Shown: one piece after another, positions 58,197 through 64,000 of the stretch
How positions within the stretch are numbered: the first letter of the stretch is position 1
Layout: every line of letters starts with the position of its first letter
Assembly: GCA_964425075.1 (NCBI GenBank)
Contig: CAYRKM010000001.1
Location: 18,756-82,755 of the forward strand
Source: an uncultured Gammaproteobacteria bacterium
GTDB lineage: Bacteria > Patescibacteriota > Microgenomatia > Levybacterales > GWA1-39-11
Length of the DNA: 64,000 nt
Direction of reading: 5' to 3'
Translations under genes and position numbers: made by a program
Notes under the pieces: generated by a model
Told to the model about the DNA's origin: nothing
Databases searched by the model: none
Seen by the model: only the letters and a program-made list of their open reading frames with translations

Positions 58197-61100
58197 TTAA
58201 TTAACTATCAAATAATTAAATTCAACGTTTTTCTCAGCATTAACCTCAATACCAACAGTGAATGATCCATCAATTTCTTTTTCAGGATCCTCCTGTTTTT
58301 GCTCCAGTAAATATAATTGATGAGAGGATTGAGTTTTGGGGGTTATAAAAATAAGAGATGTATCTTTAACTAGCTTATTTAGAACTTTTATATGATCTGT
58401 ATTCTTCTTAAGAGTTATAAGTCCTGCAGCAGCTGTTGACTCAACTTCGGTATCACTAAGTACTTTTACTTTACCTTGCGCAAGTAGTAATTGACTACTT
58501 TGCACTGATTGGGCGCTAAATATACCTTTGACCGCAACGTTCTTCTCAAAACTTACATTCTCCCTAAAAACTGCCTCACCGTTGGCCATGAAGGTTATTG
58601 CATTACCCAAAAATGAAATATTCCCTTGTTTCAATGGTTGGATTTCCAAGTCTTGAAGCGCGTTAATTGCACCATTTCCAATTGTCAAATTGTTACCAAC
58701 AGTAATGCTATCCATCACTGAAACTTCACTTATAGTGGTCGTTCCGAATACAACTAAATTGTCGGCAATAGAGACAGCCCCTGAACCACTTGCGAACTGA
58801 CTCATTGATAAGAGGTTAAGAGCCTCCATTTTCTCAAGACGTGTAGAAAGAGCCTTCATGCTACTTGTTAGCTCCTCTAAATTGGCTGCTGCTTTACTCA
58901 TCTGCGATGAGAATTGACTTACTGCAGAACCTGAAGCTGATTGTGTCAAAAGGTCAATTTTGTTGGTTAATATTTCAAGCCCTTCAATTGACTCCGCCTT
59001 TATCTTTTTCGCAACTAATAGATCCGTTATTATCTTTGGACTGATTACCTCCTGGGTAGCAGCTATGCTATCAGTAAAAATACCCTGATTATTATTTTTC
59101 TGGGTTTTAAGGAATGCAAGTATTTCCTGCTGACGCCTATCATCTGATCCTAATTCAAAATTAAGCCCTGCAATATTTGGAAGAGAAGCTTCATCAATAG
59201 CAAATCCCTGCTCTGCCATGGCAATATCTACTGACTGGCCGTTGTAATCTACAAGATTTGCAAAAAGCATAACCTCTCCACACTTTGTATCAGGAAGTGA
59301 ACCAAGATTTATTTTTGGACATTCTGTTGCATACTCTTCATTGAAATCCTCCAAAGCCTTACCCAGAACTCTTCCACCAACTGTAGCCTTCATTGCATAC
59401 CCTGGGATGGAAGACGAGGTTAGATAGTCCCCTGCATGAACAGGTCCATTTTCATTGGTTACCTTAACTGGTACACGTCCCACCAATGCAATTGGATGAG
59501 AATCCTCAGTATATGCACCCGCTACAAAACCTGGCTTTGTTGATACAACTCCTAAAGCATCCTTTTGATATTGACCAGTTGTCTTCTTTACATTATGGTC
59601 ACCTTGTGAAGAATCTATCTGAACAACTTCACCTGGAAGCAACGTCTCAACTGAGGAATAATTTTCAGCCAAGTCAGCTCCACTTGTAAAGAATCCACCT
59701 TGCTGACCTGCGTATATATTTCCTGACTCATTAACTCTAAAAACTGTTTGGCCACCGCTTTGAAGCTTTAAAAGATCGGCATCATTGGTAATTTTATATT
59801 CAAATAACGTTGGCTGAGCTATAGTTCTCCAAGCAAGAGCACCATTCGAGCGCCAGACATCCTGATTAACATCACTGTACGTAGGAAAGTCCCTTGAGAA
59901 ATTTATTTGAACCTGGAGCCACTTATCAGTTGCAGCTGCCCCTAAATTCCCATCTGAAGGATAAACAGATTTATAGTCTGCTGTAAGAAGTGAGTCCTTA
60001 TCTGCAGCAGTCCTGACCTCAATATTAAGATGCTTATCAGCATTTTGTTTCCACGTCATAACAGAGCTTGTGCTTAACTGTGGAACATACATTTGACCTG
60101 AAAGATATTGCCCATCTGCAAAATAACCTGTATCAATAAGACTTACGTTATTGTTACCAGCCATTCCTCCATTTATCATTACCCACTTACCGTCTGGTCG
60201 CTGGAAAGCTACTGCTCCCGCTCCCTGAGGACTTACAAGCTGGGGTCCTGCACCAACTGCCAAGCCTCCTGAATATCCCAAAACCTGTGATCCTCCATAA
60301 GGAGACCAGATGCTTGAGGCATTAGCTGTATTTGCAGCCATATCAATAGTCTGGGTTTGACCACGTGTTATTAACCAAGTTCCGTCTGCTCTTGGTATTG
60401 CAACGCTTCCTCTACCGGCAGCATTTGTCATTGCGGTACCCGCTGCGAATGAATTGGTATATGGATTATAAACAGTCAGCGTAGCTGCTGGAGCTCCATT
60501 TGTACCAGCTGCACCTGCTACCACCATCCAAGCACCATCTTGACGTTGAAATACGTAAGAACCACATCCAAAGGCAACACCTGTGTTTGCAGCTGCCTGG
60601 AATAATTTTTTATTAGCATCATAAACCATCGATGTCTGAACACCTGTTGTAAACTGTCCGACTCCAATAAATACCCTATAAAGACCCTGATTTCCCCCAG
60701 CCATAGGTACAGCCCAAGCACCACAAGTAATATTACTTGAAGATGTTGGTCCTGCTGCAAGCGCAGTTGTGCCTTGCTGTAAATCTTTATACGGGTTAAA
60801 GAGTGTCGTAGTGGCAGCAGCCCCACCATGAACCAATGTGTATGTGCCATCCGTATTTTTGATAGGAAATCCTCCACGTCCTGAATTTGCTGAAAGCGCC
60901 GGTCCTGCTGCAAACCTAGAACCTGAAGCTGCTCTTGGATCATAAATATTTGTAGTTGTCCTTCCTGTTCCTCCTGCATCCTCACCAAATACTATTAAAA
61001 ATCTCCCATCAGGCAATTTAAGCGCATATGACCCCCACCCAGGGTATGTTGTAGGTACATCTCCTCCACCTGACTGAAGACTAAAGGTTGAAGACGCAGG

Positions 61101-64000
61101 ATCATAAATTGAAAAATTAACTGAAGCCGAAGCTGTTGCTATAACTCCAACTTGCCCATCAGGAAGCTGCATTACAACTGTTCCTTCCCCAGTATTTACA
61201 AGGGTTGTTGGATGTGGACCAATAAGTCCCTGATAAAATCCAGTTGTACTTACCATTGCATCTCCAGGCACCTGACCTACTGGTAAAGTAAGCCTATCGG
61301 GTAAATTCTGAACTCTAGTCAAAGCTGAGGCAGATGCCTCATAAGGTGCTCCGCTAAGTGCAGAATTTGCAAAATTATCAGCATTTCTCGTAAGGACACT
61401 AGAATTATCCAAAGTGTAATCGAACAATGTTGGGCTTGCAAAATCTTTAATCAGTAAAGGCCCATTTGCAAAATAGGTAAACCTTTCATCAATTGGATTT
61501 TGAGGGATAGGCCGCCTGAATCTTACTGTAACTCGTGCCCATGTATCAGAACTTGAGGCATTTACAAGATCTCCACTCCTTTGAATTGGCTTATCAATTG
61601 CACTTGAAAGACCACCCTGTGAGGTAGCAGTTTTAACAAAAAACTCAACATTTGACTGAGGTGTATCGGTAGTGGCACTAGAACTTCCCACAAATATATT
61701 TTCTGCTCCAATCGTCCACAATAGACTTGATGAAGGATTAAGTGAGGCTGTGTTAAAGTCTTCAGAAACATAAGACCCGCTCATGTTAAGGCCTGCGTCT
61801 ATCTTATTGGTAGTTGTTGCATTTCCTACGAAAACTTGAAAAGTACCATCATAATTCATTACTGTATGTGCGCCAATTCCAATAGCGGTAAGGTTTGTCC
61901 CATGCGTAGTATATGTATTGAGAGTTGGATTATATATATATGAAGCAGTCGAATTTCCTCCTACCATAATGAGTATCTTTCTATCCTGATATCTTATTGC
62001 ATGTGCTCCCTGACCCAATGCTGTTCCGGGACCAACCGCCTGACAAGGACCCATTGTATTGGCTGCAGCATCATAGATAACAGAAACATTAGCTTTTGAA
62101 AGGATCACGTACCTCCAGTTAGGAAGCTGTATCGCAACAGAACCTGCTCCATTTATTTCACAGTTAGTAGGAAGGGCCGGACCCGATGACACCGAACCTA
62201 TTGGAGCACCATTTGTAATGGTCCCATTATTAGGGTTATATAGCTGGGTCGTTGCAGTCGATCCTCCATTTATAATAAGTGCACTTCCATCAGGGCGTGG
62301 CAAAATTTGAGCACCAAGTCCGGTGGTTGTAAGAGTTGGTCCTGCTGAAAAAGTCTCAGTAGTGGGTGAAGGATTATATACAGATGAAGCTGTAGTACCA
62401 CCAATTGCTATAAAATATCTCCCGTTTTGTCTTCTGTATGCAACTGTTGAGTCCACAGTTGGTGCAGTACCTATGGCAACTGATGCTCCTACTGCAACCA
62501 CACCATTCGGATCTACTAATGATGTTGTAGTTACTGCATTTCCGTGGACCACTCTATATCTCCCATCGCTTCTCGGTAGTGCAATCGCACCCTCTTCAGC
62601 TGCTGCATTAAGTACTTGAGGAGATGCATAAATTTGCCCCGACTTTGAATCATAGATATACATGGTAGTAGTATTTCCACCACGAATCAAAAGATATGTT
62701 CCGTTTTGCCTTAAAATTGACATTGCGCCCTGACCAAGAGCAAGCGGAACTGCAGGCTGAGAGCCTGTTGTTATTGTCCCCGTTCCTGAATTTGGAACAG
62801 TCCCAACTGATAATTCAAGCGCATTCTTTGTATTATTAAGATTTGTTAGGGTAGCATTCGTGCTATTTGCGGTCCTTTGAAAATCTGTTGAAGTTAAATT
62901 GTTACCGGAAGTTGACTTATGGATATCAATTGATCCCTGTGTATCTACTGTTATTCCAGCCGAAGCATTTATTCCACCTGCTTTTGTAACTGTAAATTTA
63001 GTAAGTCCGCTTGCTGAAGCAGTAAGAAAGTCCCCTGTTCCATTTTGATCAATCAATAGGCCTGCAAATGTGGAATTTGCAGATATTGATGCAACTGCCG
63101 TAGTTCCTGCAGAAGTTATACCAGCCAACTTAAATACTGCAGAACTACTACTTGTGCTTCCCCACAAAAAGTCAACAGTGTTATTAATTGGAGAAAGTGT
63201 CTTATTGGATGTTGAAAGAACCCAATTAGAAGAACCGCCCGGCCCACCACTATTTGCATCATCACTACATGTAAGCACCCCACCTGAAGTTGTTGTAAGC
63301 TTTCCTCCATTTCCATTTCCCGAACAGTCAAATCCAGGTAAAGTAATCCCATTTGAAGCTCTTCCAAGGGTTAGTGTGGTAGCTGTGGTCGTGCCAATCC
63401 CTAACGTACCATTCGTTAATGTATCAATTGTCTGGCTTGCTGCAAGCTTTACGGAACCATTCAAATCAAGAGTGAATTTAGTGATACCTGCAGAGGAAGC
63501 CGTAAAGATGTCTTGGTTCTCTATTTGGTCAAATATTGCCACTGCTTTTCCCGTTGCTCCAAGGGAGAGTGCCCTTGTTACATGCAATTGAGAGATAGGA
63601 GTCGTAGTACCAATACCGAATTCTCCACTTGCAAGTATCGTTGCTCTTGCTGCATTACTCGTTCTTAGATTTAGTGGACTGCTACTATTTGCTCCAATAT
63701 TTACTGTGTTGTCACCGTCATATGAGAATAGATACCCTTGAGTAGTGGCCGAATCAAATCGTAATGTTGTATAGTTACCGGTTGTTTTATACAAATGAAG
63801 AATCTCTGTGGGAGTAGCTGTTCCCATACCAATATTGCCACTTGTTCCAACATAGAGTGCCGGAGTTGAAATATTTCCGGGCTTGAATTGTATGTCTCCG
63901 GTCGTATTCCCTCCAAGGGTTAATGTGTTATTCCTGACAGACTGCAAACTTCCATCCCCTGAAAGATATATTCCTTTAGTTGCATTTCCTCCTTGTTGTG
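58197..64000 (-). CDS. Giant surface/adhesin-like protein with propeller-like repeats and a tail-fibre chaperone-like domain (5' partial)
   Basis: Frame is open to the window end; GIGTTTP repeats; Kelch-like blades; ADLAENY..GVVSTKPG..ALVGRVPVKV..GDYLTSS. Confidence 0.85.
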   Translation of the reverse strand, partial: QQGGNATKGIYLSGDGSLQSVRNNTLTLGGNTTGDIQFKPGNISTPALYVGTSGNIGMGTATPTEILHLYKTTGNYTTLRFDSATTQGYLFSYDGDNTVNIGANSSSPLNLRTSNAARATILASGEFGIGTTTPISQLHVTRALSLGATGKAVAIFDQIENQDIFTASSAGITKFTLDLNGSVKLAASQTIDTLTNGTLGIGTTTATTLTLGRASNGITLPGFDCSGNGNGGKLTTTSGGVLTCSDDANSGGPGGSSNWVLSTSNKTLSPINNTVDFLWGSTSSSSAVFKLAGITSAGTTAVASISANSTFAGLLIDQNGTGDFLTASASGLTKFTVTKAGGINASAGITVDTQGSIDIHKSTSGNNLTSTDFQRTANSTNATLTNLNNTKNALELSVGTVPNSGTGTITTGSQPAVPLALGQGAMSILRQNGTYLLIRGGNTTTMYIYDSKSGQIYASPQVLNAAAEEGAIALPRSDGRYRVVHGNAVTTTSLVDPNGVVAVGASVAIGTAPTVDSTVAYRRQNGRYFIAIGGTTASSVYNPSPTTETFSAGPTLTTTGLGAQILPRPDGSALIINGGSTATTQLYNPNNGTITNGAPIGSVSSGPALPTNCEINGAGSVAIQLPNWRYVILSKANVSVIYDAAANTMGPCQAVGPGTALGQGAHAIRYQDRKILIMVGGNSTASYIYNPTLNTYTTHGTNLTAIGIGAHTVMNYDGTFQVFVGNATTTNKIDAGLNMSGSYVSEDFNTASLNPSSSLLWTIGAENIFVGSSSATTDTPQSNVEFFVKTATSQGGLSSAIDKPIQRSGDLVNASSSDTWARVTVRFRRPIPQNPIDERFTYFANGPLLIKDFASPTLFDYTLDNSSVLTRNADNFANSALSGAPYEASASALTRVQNLPDRLTLPVGQVPGDAMVSTTGFYQGLIGPHPTTLVNTGEGTVVMQLPDGQVGVIATASASVNFSIYDPASSTFSLQSGGGDVPTTYPGWGSYALKLPDGRFLIVFGEDAGGTGRTTTNIYDPRAASGSRFAAGPALSANSGRGGFPIKNTDGTYTLVHGGAAATTTLFNPYKDLQQGTTALAAGPTSSSNITCGAWAVPMAGGNQGLYRVFIGVGQFTTGVQTSMVYDANKKLFQAAANTGVAFGCGSYVFQRQDGAWMVVAGAAGTNGAPAATLTVYNPYTNSFAAGTAMTNAAGRGSVAIPRADGTWLITRGQTQTIDMAANTANASSIWSPYGGSQVLGYSGGLAVGAGPQLVSPQGAGAVAFQRPDGKWVMINGGMAGNNNVSLIDTGYFADGQYLSGQMYVPQLSTSSVMTWKQNADKHLNIEVRTAADKDSLLTADYKSVYPSDGNLGAAATDKWLQVQINFSRDFPTYSDVNQDVWRSNGALAWRTIAQPTLFEYKITNDADLLKLQSGGQTVFRVNESGNIYAGQQGGFFTSGADLAENYSSVETLLPGEVVQIDSSQGDHNVKKTTGQYQKDALGVVSTKPGFVAGAYTEDSHPIALVGRVPVKVTNENGPVHAGDYLTSSSIPGYAMKATVGGRVLGKALEDFNEEYATECPKINLGSLPDTKCGEVMLFANLVDYNGQSVDIAMAEQGFAIDEASLPNIAGLNFELGSDDRRQQEILAFLKTQKNNNQGIFTDSIAATQEVISPKIITDLLVAKKIKAESIEGLEILTNKIDLLTQSASGSAVSQFSSQMSKAAANLEELTSSMKALSTRLEKMEALNLLSMSQFASGSGAVSIADNLVVFGTTTISEVSVMDSITVGNNLTIGNGAINALQDLEIQPLKQGNISFLGNAITFMANGEAVFRENVSFEKNVAVKGIFSAQSVQSSQLLLAQGKVKVLSDTEVESTAAAGLITLKKNTDHIKVLNKLVKDTSLIFITPKTQSSHQLYLLEQKQEDPEKEIDGSFTVGIEVNAEKNVEFNYLIVN

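Overview
An AT-rich chromosomal segment. Gene content and style suggest a Patescibacteria/CPR genome, probably Microgenomates (inference). It carries mrdA-mreD-mreC, a sortase, dsbB/dsbA, truB, ndk, argS, galU, secE-nusG-rplK-rplA, pgk, an aldolase, era, uppS, rnhB, purA, obg, rpmG, tRNAs for Arg, Trp, Thr and Tyr, and a giant surface protein. Three things stand out. (1) Six scattered GC-rich transcription units share one architecture: a boxA-like 12-mer, a 5' arm, Shine-Dalgarno-led gene(s), a complementary 3' arm and usually a terminator hairpin. Each mRNA could therefore close into an rRNA-precursor-like stem. Many AT-rich neighbours instead look leaderless. (2) A complete tRNA-Trp is nested inside the anticodon of a second, split tRNA-Trp. 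Related gene-end scars occur at tRNA-Arg, tRNA-Tyr, mrdA, ndk, an M16 peptidase and rpmG. (3) There are two repeated 58-nt structured elements: one follows three consecutive genes in a GC-rich array, and the other precedes both rplK and rpmG. All alignments and base pairings were read by eye; no database searches were run.
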